Below, one piece after another: positions 51,788 through 64,000 of a DNA stretch of 64,000 nt. Location: contig CDRNST010000171.1 of the NCBI GenBank assembly GCA_977016875.1, forward strand, positions 868,001 through 932,000. The letters are read 5' to 3'. The stretch is from Pavona decussata (taxonomy: Eukaryota). Under the pieces are notes generated by a model, which worked only from the letters and a program-made list of their open reading frames with translations, searched no databases and had not been told where the DNA came from. The translations under genes were made by a program, and so were the position numbers. Each line of letters opens with the position of its first letter. Positions within the stretch are counted from its first letter, which is position 1.

Positions 51788-53444
51788 TAACGATCCCCTA
51801 GATGTTTACCTCAATTTTTAATGCGGTGATTAAAGTTTATTGCCAGGCGTCCTGGCTTCAGCTTTCCTCACGAAAAAAATTTGGATAGGAAAGAAACATG
51901 CGAATTGGCGATTGTCAAATGGAACACAGCATTTTGGGAAAAGACAAACTAAAAACTACAATCGGGTATAAATATCTTTTTCTACATATTCGACTAAAAC
52001 ACAATTGAAACTGCAATATGCAATTTGTCCGACGGACTTCCGCGTACAAAAATCACCAACGTTAGGCAGAGTATTTCAAAATAAAGGGTTATTGAAGACA
52101 ATAAATCAGTTGTTGAATCGTAGAAAGCAGCTTGACAGTGAATTCGTAGAACGTAGGTTGCAACTATTACAACAGTTCAAAGGAAATCATGTAGTACTAT
52201 TAATAGTAAACGAAATAATTTCCAAATGGGGAATCGAAAGGACGAGAAACTACGAAAAAGAAATAGTTACGTTGTTACGACCACCGAAATTATAGCAAGT
52301 AGGAAAGCAACTGTCACAGGCGAACTGTAATTAACTAGACTAAACTGCGCTTATTGCGATCCTAAACTAAAATGAGCGCGCTAAGTGCGACTGAAAAAAA
52401 TGGCATGACATTACTGGCAAGCGACGGCTTTTGTTCTCTGACCAATTCTGCAAGGAAAAGGAACAAAAGTAACTAAAAAGAACACAGTAACGAAAACAGC
52501 ATGTAAATGCACATTAACTGATGAAGAGGTGAAACGTAGGGCAAAAACACTGTATGAAATAACCTCAAAGAAAAATGCAAAAAAGGGAAGTATGAAGTAT
52601 GGCACACGAAGCGTTGGTCGCCCGTGTGTTCGAGTTGAAAACTGGCTTTTTATGACAAAAATCTTTTATATTTCCACTCTTTTTGCACTGATAATGAAAA
52701 TCTTGCTTTATTAAATGTTGTGCGTCTTGATGAAAGCGCTCAATGACCGGCAATGCAGTTGCAAGCCGTATATTTTAAAATAGGCAATTCCATCACGCTT
52801 AAAACCGTTGTTAAAACTCTGAACATAGTTAATTTAGCCAACAGGACAAACACGTTTAGAATCACCCCTTGATAATTTCCCAGCTTACAAAAAGGGCCGC
52901 CTCCGTTTTCCTCAGCCACTTGCACAAACCTCAATAACACGCCTTCTCAGGCTGAAGTCATTGATTTAATGCAGAGAGAGAACAATAGGATATTGTGAGG
53001 GTCAGTAATTATTAAATTATAATCTAAACCAGAAATACTTCGAAACAGATTTCTTCCAACACCAGTCTAGAGTTCATTAAGTAATTATACAATGAAAAGT
53101 GTAAAGCCCGCGCTTTGATTGGTCTAGAGGAGTTTGTACTTAAAGTACAGATGCACGCATGACGCCATGAGCCCCAGAAAATTCTCGTAGCCCTCCTTCG
53201 TAAAATGTTGCGTAAATTGAGGTGGCAGATTGCAGTTAGCCAATGACATTTTGTTAGCCTTGCTTTAGCCAATACGTGTGCATCCTCTTTATAGATCACA
53301 AATAACGTTATGAAAACGAAATTTGCCCTCTTATGATCAGTTTCCGCGCAAATCATCACTAAGAGGACTATCGTAAACAATTCAAACTTTAAATGTAAAT
53401 ATATAAAACATATATGAAACTCACAATATTACCAGCTCCGAGTT

Positions 53445-53590
53445 GGCTTGATAGCTCAGTTGGTAGAGCACTGCACCGGCACCGCAGAGGTCATGGGTTT
53501 GAATCCCGTTCAAACCTGAATTTTTTTCAGGCTTTCTTTTCGCAACTGCTTAAGTTGCGTAGTAACTGCGAGGATCTTTCTTCTATTTGA
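53445..53590 (+). mobile_element. tRNA-derived SINE
   Basis: GGCTTGATAGCTCAGTTGGTAGAGCACTGCACCGG...GGTCATGGGTTTGAATCCCGTT head with A/B boxes, followed by a non-tRNA body. Confidence 0.65.
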
Positions 53591-54032
53591 ATTCAAACTT
53601 TATACGTGACAACCAATATCCAAACTACTGTATAAAACAAATAGATTCCGAGTTTGCAATGCAGGCGTTTTCGGGCGCGAAAGCCAGAACCTCGGTAAGT
53701 CGTTAAGTCGTGACCGCCATGTTTTATTTTCAAAATCTTAGGGAGTTGCCCACCCCGTTGGTCACACTTTCTACTCGCCCCAATCTTTCTCTGCTTTTAA
53801 CATCCAAGATGGCGGCTATTGCGCTGAACCAAAATAACACGCCTGCATTGCAGGCTAATACATTCCACTTGGCCGTGTATTTGTACTCTAGTAACGCACA
53901 GAGAACGACGCACCAAAACGTGCATGGTAAGGACATCAGTCACGTCACTCGCCAATTGTTTGTAGCGTACGTCCTTGTCGTCACCTGTGCGTTATCACAG
54001 TAAATAAATAAATAAATAAATCAATCAATCAA

Positions 54033-54295
54033 TCAACTTTGTTTAACGAGGGTGACACTTAACAGTCTGAAGACTGACAAACCTGTGGCCCTCGGATTCC
54101 AGATCGAATTGGAATTTGGAAATGTTGGTTTTTGTGGAGGGAGGAAAACCGGAGAACCCGGAGAAAAACCCTCGGAGCAAGGACGAGAACCAACAACAAA
54201 CTCAACCCACATATGACGTCGAGTCCGGGAATCGAACCCGGGCCACATTGGTGGGAGGCAAGTGCTCACACCACTGTGCCATCCTTGCTCCCCTA
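54033..54295 (-). mobile_element. tRNA-derived SINE with (TTGA)/(TTTA) tail
   Basis: Minus strand GGGGAGCAAGGATGGCACAGTGGT...GGTTCGATTCCC; homologous to 10555-10760; ends in simple repeats at ~54001-54035. Confidence 0.75.
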
Positions 54296-54741
54296 CACAC
54301 GCACGGCACGTGGAATCTTTTGTTCCGACTAGACAGTGGAAATCGCCTTGCTGACTTGTACTAAGTCAACACGGTTCACCCCGAAAAAGCGGTCTTCACA
54401 TGTTAATTTCTCTTATTACTTTACTCAACTTTGGTTCTACAGCAACTGAATTGTAGAAGCTTCGCTCACGCTTGTACTTATGGTGACGAGTTGCTGAAAA
54501 CTCATCACTGTCAAATTAACACTTCAAGTTAAGGACGGTGCCTACTAATATGGTGGTATTTTTGTGTGGCTTATGACTGTGCGGGGAAAGCAGACCTGAG
54601 CAAGGACTATTGGGATCCACAGAGACAATTGGGGTAACCACGCATTTTTTTCTTAGAGATAATTAAGCAACAATTGTTCTTAAAACCAATAAAATACAAA
54701 GCAAGGTATGGCGTTTTTTTTTCCAAATTGAAGCTTTATTA

Positions 54742-55401
54742 ATCAACAAGTTTTTCGAAATTGATTTAACTATAAAAGTTAACGTTAAAAGAGAACGACG
54801 TTTCGACCGTCCGACGGTCATTTTCAAGTTCAAAATGAGAAGTAAAATATGTGTTTATATACAATTGTGAAAAAACTAATGAGATGCTGACTTAAAAAGC
54901 TCTAAGATATTCACATCTAAACAATATCAAAAATAATAGCGTGAATGATAAATACAAAGGAACGCTAAAAACGATAAAAGGTATTTAAAAGGTATTTAAA
55001 AGTGAAATAATTAAACAAATAACTTCGCGCGGATCGAGTCGCATTGTGTCAGAGCAAAACTCGACTGCTTGATCTTCGAGATGTTGTTTATTCGCGACCT
55101 AAAGCCGAAACTCAACAAACAATGCGACTCGATCCGCGCGAAGTTATTTGTTTAATTATTTCACTTTTAAATACCTTTTAAATACCTTTTATCGTTTTTA
55201 GCGTTCCTTTGTATTTATCATTCACGCTATTATTTTTGATATTGTTTAGATGTGAATATCTTAGAGCTTTTTAAGTCAGCATCTCATTAGTTTTTTCACA
55301 ATTGTATATAAACACATATTTTACTTCTCATTTTGAACTTGAAAATGACCGTCGGACGGTCGAAACGTCGTTCTCTTTTAACGTTAACTTTTATAGTTAA
55401 A
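54742..55401 (+). mobile_element. 5'-truncated Penelope-like element with inverted terminal repeat (284-bp perfect palindrome arms) and 13-bp TSD
   Basis: Arms 54764-55047 and 55119-55402. Spacer plus right arm encode KLDCLIFEMLFIRDLKPKLNKQCDSIRAKLFV*, resembling a GIY-YIG C-terminus. TGAAGCTTTATTA occurs at 54729-54741 and 55402-55414. Confidence 0.8.
55335..55373 (+). ncRNA. Minimal hammerhead ribozyme motif (U3-A8 variant); mirror copy on - strand at 54793-54831
   Basis: Stem I GAAC/GTTC, core TTGAAAA(T), stem II GACCGT-cgg-ACGGTC, GAAAC-GTC with loopless palindromic stem III (ACGT). Confidence 0.6.
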
Positions 55402-55420
55402 TGAAGCTTTATTATCTCTG

Positions 55421-55451
<31 letters not shown>

Positions 55452-56170
55452 AGGATACCAAGAGCACTTGCTGAGTTCTACGTTCTCCGCATAGTTTTAA
55501 ACTACGCAAAAATATCCCTGTATTAGATGCGCAGAGCGTATGCGCAGTAACAAAAGTAGGCACCGTCCTTAAAATGTAGTCTAAAGTTATACGCTTCGCA
55601 GTACGTTTTGCGCTGAAATTCGTCTACATTTTGGTATGATTTGCATACGTGGCTTCGTCCGTAGTAAGTTTTCAGCTGATATGATATCATTACCTTCTTC
55701 ACCGCACAATGTTTGCAACCATTACTGACGTGCCAAGTAGGAAATAACACAACGAGAGCAACATAAAAATTACAAGGAATATTTCTATCGATTAAAACTT
55801 GGCATTAACACAATGAGAGTTCATGTAAACTCAGGTTAAACTATTACAAAAGTACATTATTCAAATAAACAGAAAAACTCAGAAAATAATGTGCAAAACG
55901 ACGCTTTCAAAAATCGTGTATTTTTAAGGGTTGATACATAATATCGTTAGACTATGCAAAAATTCTATCATCGAATTTTAGTGGAAATTCAAATAAAGAG
56001 CAAAAGTCAGAAAATAATGTGAAAAACATCACTTTCAAATACAAAAAAATAACGAGAATTTTTATCACTAGTCACTAGTTTCACAAGTTTATGCAAACGT
56101 CTGTCATCGAAATTTCAGTGGTATCCGATGTTTTTCGTGAAACGTTAACGTCCCGTGTCCAAAGTTTCCA

Positions 56171-58566
56171 TCAGTCTAATAGAATGTCTTCGATGTCAAC
56201 CTTTTGTGGCTCAGCTGGTTTCAGACTCTTGAGCATTCTGCGAAATAGCTGCAACCCTAGATTAGCAGGTAATACGTGGCTGAAGTCGAAAGGATTTTCA
56301 GCAGTGCAATCAAGCATTTTGGCCAATGCTGCGCCGTTCTCTCCAAGTACAGCTTTGTCTTGCCTTAACATGTACTTCAGGACCTCTACGACACCTCGTA
56401 TTCCGTCAAGCATTCGGAGTCTCATTTTCGGTTCAGTGCTTAACCAAACCTTGGTGTAAATCATCTTCCAGCCAGACTCAAATATCATGAAGAGCTCGTC
56501 AGCGTTGATATTGTGGATTCGTCCGATTTCTCTAAGCTCTTCCACCAATGACCGTTCTAGAGGGTCCAGAGTTTCAAGCCTGCAATCAGCGACGTTGGCT
56601 GCCATATTGATCATCTCTTTGCTGGTAGCGAGGAAGATATCTTGTAGGTCATGGTATCGATAACTGGTCCTTGAACTGCTTCCTTTTTGCTTTGCTTCTG
56701 CCTGCTTGCCTTGCTCCTCGTCACTGCGTTTGGCTGGATCCTTTACGATTTCTTTATGTCCATGTCTTGTGGCAGATGCTGCAGATGAGGTCGCCTCGCT
56801 GCTGAGAATGTATTTTGTTTCATTTTTGTCTTGCTTCGTGTCTTGACCACTAATCAACTCTTTGGCAAATTGCAACGGATTTTTCATGATCTGTTCAGTT
56901 TTTTCAGCCAAAGATTCCAGAATCTCGGGGCATTCAATGTAATCGACACAGAACAAGTTGTATGATCTCACAAAGAAATGTCGCAAATCCTTCTTTTTAA
57001 GAGCTTCCAAAAGATTCGCGAGTAGCTTCATCATACAGGTGGCTCTGTTGCTTTCAGTCCACATCTCGGCACCGGTTTCTTCAATCGTTTGCAAGAACAT
57101 ATTCTTCAGGTGAAATGTCACCAAACCCTTTGGGTCTTTGGAAAGATAGGCTCGATGATAATTCTTCAGACAGCGGTAACAGTCGCGCTGGATTTCGTTT
57201 AACTCTTGGCTTAACAGGTATTCTGCATGTGAAAAGGAGATTCTGAAGTCGCAATCCGGATTTCCACTGTTCTTTGGAGGCTTAACTACCAAGCGGAAAC
57301 CTCCTTGAACGACTTTGTCGACTATGTCAGGCGAGGGCCATCTACGCTCTCGCTCAATCCACTCCAGGGCAACGTTTGGCCATCCTCGGGATCTTAATGC
57401 TGGGACAAAATCAATTCCCTCAACTATCTCATTGAACTGCGCTTCGTCGATGTTCTTAAATTCCGCTTCCTTAAGGGGATCTTCGGTTGATTCAGCAATC
57501 AATCCGACCATATATTGAAACAAATGTTCAGTTATTCGTGGAAAGCTCTTCACTTCATTCTCTTCTTCGTCTGGATTACGTGGCTTATCTTTACTGACCA
57601 GCTGAGCGATCGCGAAGGAATGTGGCCCAGTTTTCTGCTCATTTTGGTTTCCACCAGTGTCTCTGTTCTTCTCATCTTCACTCTGATACGCCATAATCCC
57701 TTTTGTTTCAGTCCCTAGGATTTTCGTTCTCGGTTCGCTGTTGCTCTCTGGTAAACTCTCGATATCTTCAAGTCGGGCTTTGAGCTTTTCAGCTCCCCTC
57801 CAAACCTCGGAGACCATCTGAGAAATATCACTTGGATAGCTGTTGAACGCAGAAGCGAAGACTCCATTCATTGACTGAATCATGTCGTCGAAAATTCTTG
57901 CCTTTTCTTTAGTGTAATCAGTTCCACTGGTGGTACAGTTCCAATGTGCCAGCCACTCCCATCCAGCTGGATCCAAAGTAAGAGGCAGTTGCAAATTTTC
58001 AGGCCCGTCTTTGATGATCAGCTCCTCATAGTCTCTCCAACTGGGAAGAGAGCTAGAACAAGAGAGGGTCGAAGCAAAGTTATCAAAAAAGGTGAAGGTT
58101 AAAGCTGGGCTTGTTCCACTAGTGTGGAACTGCCCAGTGTTTAGTGCCAAATCTTCTTGAGGTGCTATCTGCTGAAGTATACCGGTATAACAGTCCCCAC
58201 CATAAATTGCATGATGGAAATTCTTTACAGCTGAGGTCGCCACGTACTCGGTACCTTCTTTAAGGCAGGACTGCAACACCGGATGATCGACTCCCTTGAT
58301 TCTGACGTGCATTGGGTGCTCGGGTAAATATTCGATCAACCTGTCATGCATCATCAAATTATCTGAATTCGGAAAGATCATGATGTCCACATCTCCAGGT
58401 TTATTGGGGTTATAACACATCACTTCTTCGACTGAGCTTCCAGAAGGTTCGAATATGATGTCATTTGAACACAGTTTAGCAAAAAGCTGATCTCCTTTCC
58501 TCGTTGTCCGAGAGCCTTGAAGATAAAGTTGAGTTCCTGAGTTTTTGAATCCTGTGTCCCTGCCAT
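56171..58566 (-). pseudogene. cGAS-like receptor copy D, intronless, frameshifted near the 5' end (~58490)
   Basis: ATG at 58566 gives MAGTQDSKTQELNFIFKALGQRGKE, homologous to the B/C N-termini, then runs to a stop at 58420. The homologous EPSGSSVEE...GDVDIMIFP...IDFVPAL...DILLD* lies in another frame, whose first ATG is downstream of the GS motif. About 20 codons are missing relative to B/C. Confidence 0.78.
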
Positions 58567-58643
58567 TTTACAGGAACTAAAGTATCTCTGACATTCGACG
58601 GGTTTAGAATTAGAGGTTGTGATTTGCACAGTTAAGCCTGTCA

Positions 58644-58674
58644 CATTTATAGCAGTTTATGTTTCGGTTTTCGA
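58644..58674 (-). promoter_or_regulatory. IRF-E-like motif plus TATA box upstream of cGLR D
   Basis: TCGAAAACCGAAA (58662-58674, identical to the B promoter motif) and CTATAAATG (58644-58652) on the minus strand. Confidence 0.55.
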
Positions 58675-59892
58675 GACTATATACGGATTGTGCTTAAACC
58701 GAGTCGTGAGTCCGTCACAGGTTAACTGCAATGGTCCTGAAACGAAATCTTCAAAGTGATACACGTAGCCTTTTACACAAGGCTTTCATTTATCTGTCGA
58801 AAACAAGTTGCGACGCCAATCAGACAAAAGTGCTGAGTATCCAATGTCACTTTTGGTTTTCTCATTTCTGAGTTATTTATGGATGATTTTGCTGGTTCAT
58901 AATAAAATAAGACTGACAGTTTTCTAGAATTTTGTTTTCTAAAGTTTTTGGATCAGTGATGCTTTGAAACTTGATCAGGTAACCTAATAGTCGGCACATT
59001 ATGCACACAAGGCAGACAAGTCCATATCGACCGCAGGACACGTCTCATATGTATTTTTGCCCGGTTGGCACCGGTAGAAAATAGACGGGGCTATCTCGAG
59101 ATTTGCTACTGCTTGAGATACGTACATCGATATTTCCCGCTATCAGAATTTACTTTTAAAAACAGGAAACAGGAAAGAAAATGTGAAAAGAACTATTTGA
59201 TAGAAAAGAATGGTACCTTATTAGAGACATAATGAATTCGAGCCACGAAAATGAAACAAGGACTGAATCTGCATGGTACGTCCATAGTCGAGGGCTTCCG
59301 GTTAAAAGCTATTTCCATTTCCCCCCTTCCCGCCTCGAATACGATCCCCGGGTGCTTAACTATTCGAGGTTTTACGATAATTCAGTAAATCAGGACCGGA
59401 AACCAATCCGGGGGACTATTCAATTCAATTCTTTATTCACACTATATATACACGAGAACATTTACATACAATTCATATTATAAATAGAAGAAAGAAAGAA
59501 CAGAGGAGTAACATTAAGCCATGAAGAGATATGGTTCATGTGCGTGCAATGTTCAAAGTAGCAAAAGCTTTCTAGTTGGTCACCGCCAAGGTCAAGTAAA
59601 TGGCATTATAAAATTCATTAGTTATTCATTAAAGTTATGACCAATCAGTAGGTAGAATTTAAGTCACATGTACACCTCCGTAAACCCCAATACAAATCAA
59701 TGAATTATTAAACAGGAGAATTAACTTTTGATACAAACTCCTGCTCAGCTAATTAGTATTCATTAACTTTTAATACAGATCTCTACAGATTAAAATACAA
59801 AACACAATACATTCAATTTATTGTTTCAATTCACAAGTACGAAAACATATTCGCGTCCGATCTGTATGGGCTCGCCTTCGGCTCGCCATTGT

Positions 59893-59929
<37 letters not shown>

Positions 59930-60291
59930 GTACATATAAACTCGGACTAGTGCATGAACAAAGACTTATACAACAAGGAATCCAAATTAGACGTGTAAGC
60001 ACATGTCGGTCTAGTGTTACTTAGACCAAACTGCTATCGTATATTAACTAGGAATCAAAACGAACGCTAAGGTACCATGCCATACAGTCACCCACATAAC
60101 CCCAACCCTAACCCTCCATTTAGTCACCCAACCATCCATATAGTCACCCTTACCTTACCATGAATTAAATGCCCAACAATGGTAAAAATCTCGTTACCGT
60201 AGTCCCAGGTGTGACATACAGAAAGACAGGTGTCTGTGTGATAATAGAAATGGGCATTTTTGCTATCCTTTTGAAGCCCGTGTCCGCTTAA

Positions 60292-60697
60292 GGATAGTGC
60301 CCACTAATAAAGAAGTATTTTTGTTTTGTTTATGACCATGCGGGCAAAGCAGATCTCTGCAGCAAGAGCTATTGAAATCCAGAAACGAAAATTGGTGGTA
60401 ACCACGCATTTTTTAGAGTTATGTAATTAAGCAACAATTATTCTAAAAAAAACTGTAAAATAAAAAGAAATGTATGGCGTTTTTTTTCCAATTCAAGCGT
60501 TTTATCTTTGGAAAATGCATGGTTACGCAAAACAAATTTTCTTTTTGGATACCAAGAGCAATCGCTAAGTTATGCTTTCTGCGGATAGTTTTAAACCGTT
60601 CAAAAATATCCCTGTATTAGTACGCATCACCCATAAGAAACCCGAGTATCTCGAGATGCGTAGAACCTATGCGCAGTAACAAAAGTAGGCACCGCCC
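60292..60697. mobile_element. TTAA-flanked MITE (same family as 40459-40819)
   Basis: TTAA|GGATAGTGCCCACT...AGTAGGCACCGCCC|TTAA. Confidence 0.7.
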
Positions 60698-62494
60698 TTA
60701 AAACCCAAACATTAGGAAGCTAAAGCAACGACGACGGCGACGGCAACGACAACGCCGCAAAACAAAAGGTTTAATGAGCAAAAGCAATCGCCCTGCACGT
60801 GCGTTTTACATTTTGGTAAATTTCTTTGCCGTCCTCTGCAAAACAACAACCTGAAATGACCACATTTAAGGTTTTGTGGAGAACGGTGAACGCAAGACGT
60901 TGAATTTTCCATTTTCTTTCTTACTTGAACGCCACTCCTACCAATTTGGTTCCTGGATAGTTCGCCATTTTTGTAAAAGTTGAGCGAGTTAAAATAATCG
61001 CGAAGTAGCACAATTGCTTAAGCTCCCTATTATAAAAGGTGAATTTGCCGGCTTGGTGTAAGAACCTGACAGGTTTTTCTTTGTGTTGTAGGTTCAGTTG
61101 TTTTCCTTTTGTCATTTTTGTTTCCTTTGTTTTACGTCAGCTGTGAGTTTTATGCTTTCTTACACCGAGAGATGCCTGAAATTGTTGCAAAACATATGCA
61201 ACAGATCTTGGACTTACAACTTACGATATCTCTTCACGCCAACATTGTTAAATGTTGGCTAAAATGCGTGCTCGAAAACAAAACCGCATCAACAAGCCGA
61301 TAGGGTGCTAAACATTCTAACATTGTTGAGCCATCCAAATGTTGCTCGGCGATGTGGAACGTTTGGCGAAGGTTTAAGACTCCTCGTTTAATTTATTCTC
61401 TGTTGACTCTTTAGTTTGAATAAGATCAAAATACAAGAAAAACGAGCCGCAATACCTGGGGTTGATTCGTTGCAAATCATGAAATCGTTTGTCAAGTCAT
61501 TTTTGACAACAAGCGAGCAAGAAAATGCAAATGTTTTGGGTTGCTGACATGAAAAACAACTTCATTTGAATAATAATAATTATTATAATTGTTGCTATTG
61601 TTATTATTGTTGTTATTTTAGTATTAAAACGAATAGATGCGTTAAAAAAAATTCATATGGGGCGCAAAGGCGTAACCTATGCAAAGTCTCCTAGCAATGG
61701 CTGCATTACAAAAGGATACGGTTATAAAAATGCGCTATAGTAAAGAAAAAACAACCTAAAAAATGAACAAAATTTTTAAAAAAATACTTCTGTTATAAAA
61801 AAGAGGCTCAACGTCAATATTTGTTGAATGTTCCGTAAAAGATTAATTGAAATCATTATGTAAAAAATACTAAATATCGTTTGCTGTGTCTTTCAGCAAA
61901 AGAAAGAAAGAAAAAAAAATCAGCTATGCCATCGCTATAATTTGTATATTTTTCCTTTTCAAAATTTGTAACTTTTTATTCCAAAAGTGTACAATCACAC
62001 CAATGATGCTCTTTTGTGACAAAAATTGCTCTCCTTAAATTCTAAGATTGCACACGGCCATTTTAAGAAGTGCAGATCTTATAATATTAGCCTCTCACGC
62101 ATCCGTTCTTTTTGTCGTCACACAATGCCTCTCCCCAAAAACTCCAAACACAAAGGGAAAGAAGAGGAATAAAAGGTAGGCAGTTCACGGAACCATGCCC
62201 GCCAGAATACGGAACTGCATCGAGTGTTGTCACCGATGACCTATCCTAAAGATATTGGCTTTAATCCTTATTTGACCCACAAATGATCTGTGATGTTGAA
62301 AATAAAATAAAATAAAATAAAGTAAAATAAATTAATAAAAAAAGAGACCCCGACCCCGCGTTTTACTGACACCCCGCTCGTTCGTGGAATTCCGGAATTA
62401 AATATTAACTGGGAGACAATGGTTGACCTCAACACAGTTAATTTGCATAACAAGGAAGGTTCCGCGCGTGGTAACGTCCAACATCGACGGGAAA

Positions 62495-62837
62495 ATGTAT
62501 CAAATTCTGTCATTTCTGCTTCTTGCCGGGCTCAAAATCATTCTCAACTTGTGGTTAACTGCTAGAGAGTTGTTTTTTGGTACAGGCAAAGTGCCAAATT
62601 TGCACAGCAAATATGTTTTAATCACGGGTTGCGATTCGGGATTCGGTCGGGAAACCGCCGTGCGCTTGGATAGGATGGGAATACATGTCTTGGCTACTTG
62701 CCTAACTGAGGAAGGAGCGAATGGAGTGAAGTTAGAAACGAGTGAAAGGCTTAAAACGTTTGTCATGAATGTCACAGACGCTCGGCAAATCCAGGAAGTA
62801 TTTGGCCAAGTAAAACAGCTTTTGCCCTCAGGGAACG
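62495..62837 (+). CDS. Short-chain dehydrogenase/reductase, SDR9C type (RDH/HSD17B6/DHRS9-like), exon 1 only
   Basis: MYQILSFLLL... N-terminal hydrophobic anchor, KYVLITGCDSGFG Rossmann motif, VLATCL. Phase-1 donor G|GTAGG at 62837/62838. I did not identify further exons in the window. Confidence 0.85.
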
Positions 62838-64000
62838 GTAGGTCAGAGATCATGCATTATTACACAATTCGGTTTCTTTGAGTAAATACACTACATTCTC
62901 TTTTTTTTATTTTCAAGAACTCTTTTTAAAAGAACGTCGAGGCTGAGATTAACTAAAATTTAAGAACATTCTAAGAAGATTCTAAAGGCTGCTAGTCAGT
63001 GAAGAACCTATTTATTTTGCCCAAATGTTTTTAACATGAACAACGTGTTAAAATACGAATAAATCAATATGTAAACTTCAGTCCAGTGAACCCAAATGTG
63101 TCTCAAGACCTAAGACCTATGACCTAAGGCCTAAGAGCTAAGAGCTAAGACCTAAGACATCGAAAACTAACGCCTCGAACTTGTAGGGAGGAAAATTTGC
63201 TGCCTGTACGTTATAAAAGTAAATAAATTGAAATGTACTTAATAATGGTAATTGAACTGAGTGGAGTGCAATCACAGCATTTCAAAATCGAACGAGCGCG
63301 CAGCGCGAGTTTGATTTGAAATCACAAGGATGATTTCACACTAAAATTGCACGATACAAAGTTTGAAATCACGCGTTTGATTTCAGACCAAATTGCACTC
63401 CACTCAGTTCAATTACCATTATTAATTTTTTACTTTCTACGATGTGATTATGGTCGACTTGTTTCTGAAGTGGAGCGTTGATTTCCACGACCTTAAACAG
63501 ATTATTCAAAAGCGATTCCAAGAGCTTATAAATTAGTGGTCTTGTTGTTCTCTCTAAATATCATTCCCTGATATAAAGAGGGCACAACAGCACTGCACTG
63601 AAACTCGCTGGAATCGCTTCGAAACGCTCAAAACAGCCAAGAACACGCAATAGATAAAAAAAACGGAGAAGAGGTAAAGTATTCTACCGTATTTTTATTA
63701 CTGTTTTAGACTCTTAAATAGCGATGGCTAAAATTCCCAAACAAACCCTTACAATTTGTTTTGCAACCATTCTCACTTATGAGCTAGGGTGACCTATGCA
63801 GGAGTTGGATCTCGAATCCAAAAGGAAAGGTGACAAGCCGGGAGGTGTGCGGAAATTGCACAATTCTCAACGTGATTGAAAACGGGAGAAACAGTAAAAA
63901 TTTCACAACATTACCAATATTTAACTGGTGCCAAGTTTGAGCAGCATCACTCCAGTATTTCCTGAAATATTCTTAATTTTGTGATTTATCTTTATACTGA

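Larger units (their letters stand above)
54533..55568. mobile_element. TTAA-flanked MITE interrupted by a Penelope-like insertion
   Basis: TTAA|GGACGGTGCCTACT...AGTAGGCACCGTCC|TTAA. Confidence 0.8.

Noticed and set aside
53445-53517. tRNA-like sequence
   Set aside because: Poor acceptor/T-arm pairing (GTTTGAA) and continuation into a repeat body indicate a SINE head, not a tRNA gene. The same applies to ~18960-19025.
58420-58423. Stop-codon readthrough or selenocysteine at the TGA joining the two D ORFs
   Set aside because: The downstream homology is in a different frame and already begins upstream of this TGA, so a frameshift explains it.

Overview
Eukaryotic, AT-rich, intron-containing animal DNA, probably a stony coral/anthozoan (inferred from repeat, SINE and Penelope-like element types and gene style; not verified). 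The window holds four paralogous cGAS-like receptor (Mab-21/cGLR nucleotidyltransferase) genes: one on + at the left edge and three on - at 41-58.6 kb. They converge on a core with a head-to-head TMEM38 (TRIC channel)/EBNA1BP2 (EBP2) pair and three tandem intronless class A GPCR genes. Exon 1 of an SDR9C-type dehydrogenase lies at the right edge. The cGLRs have an unusual architecture: a large insertion inside the catalytic core, an unrecognised C-terminal domain ending in DI(P/L)LD, and ISRE-like motifs in all three visible promoters. Three copies share an intron flanked by an 8-9 bp direct repeat, and the fourth is intronless and frameshifted. The left ~44 kb is a degenerate inverted duplication. 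Two Penelope-like remnants carry minimal hammerhead ribozyme motifs. All calls were made by eye from sequence and translations; no searches were run.
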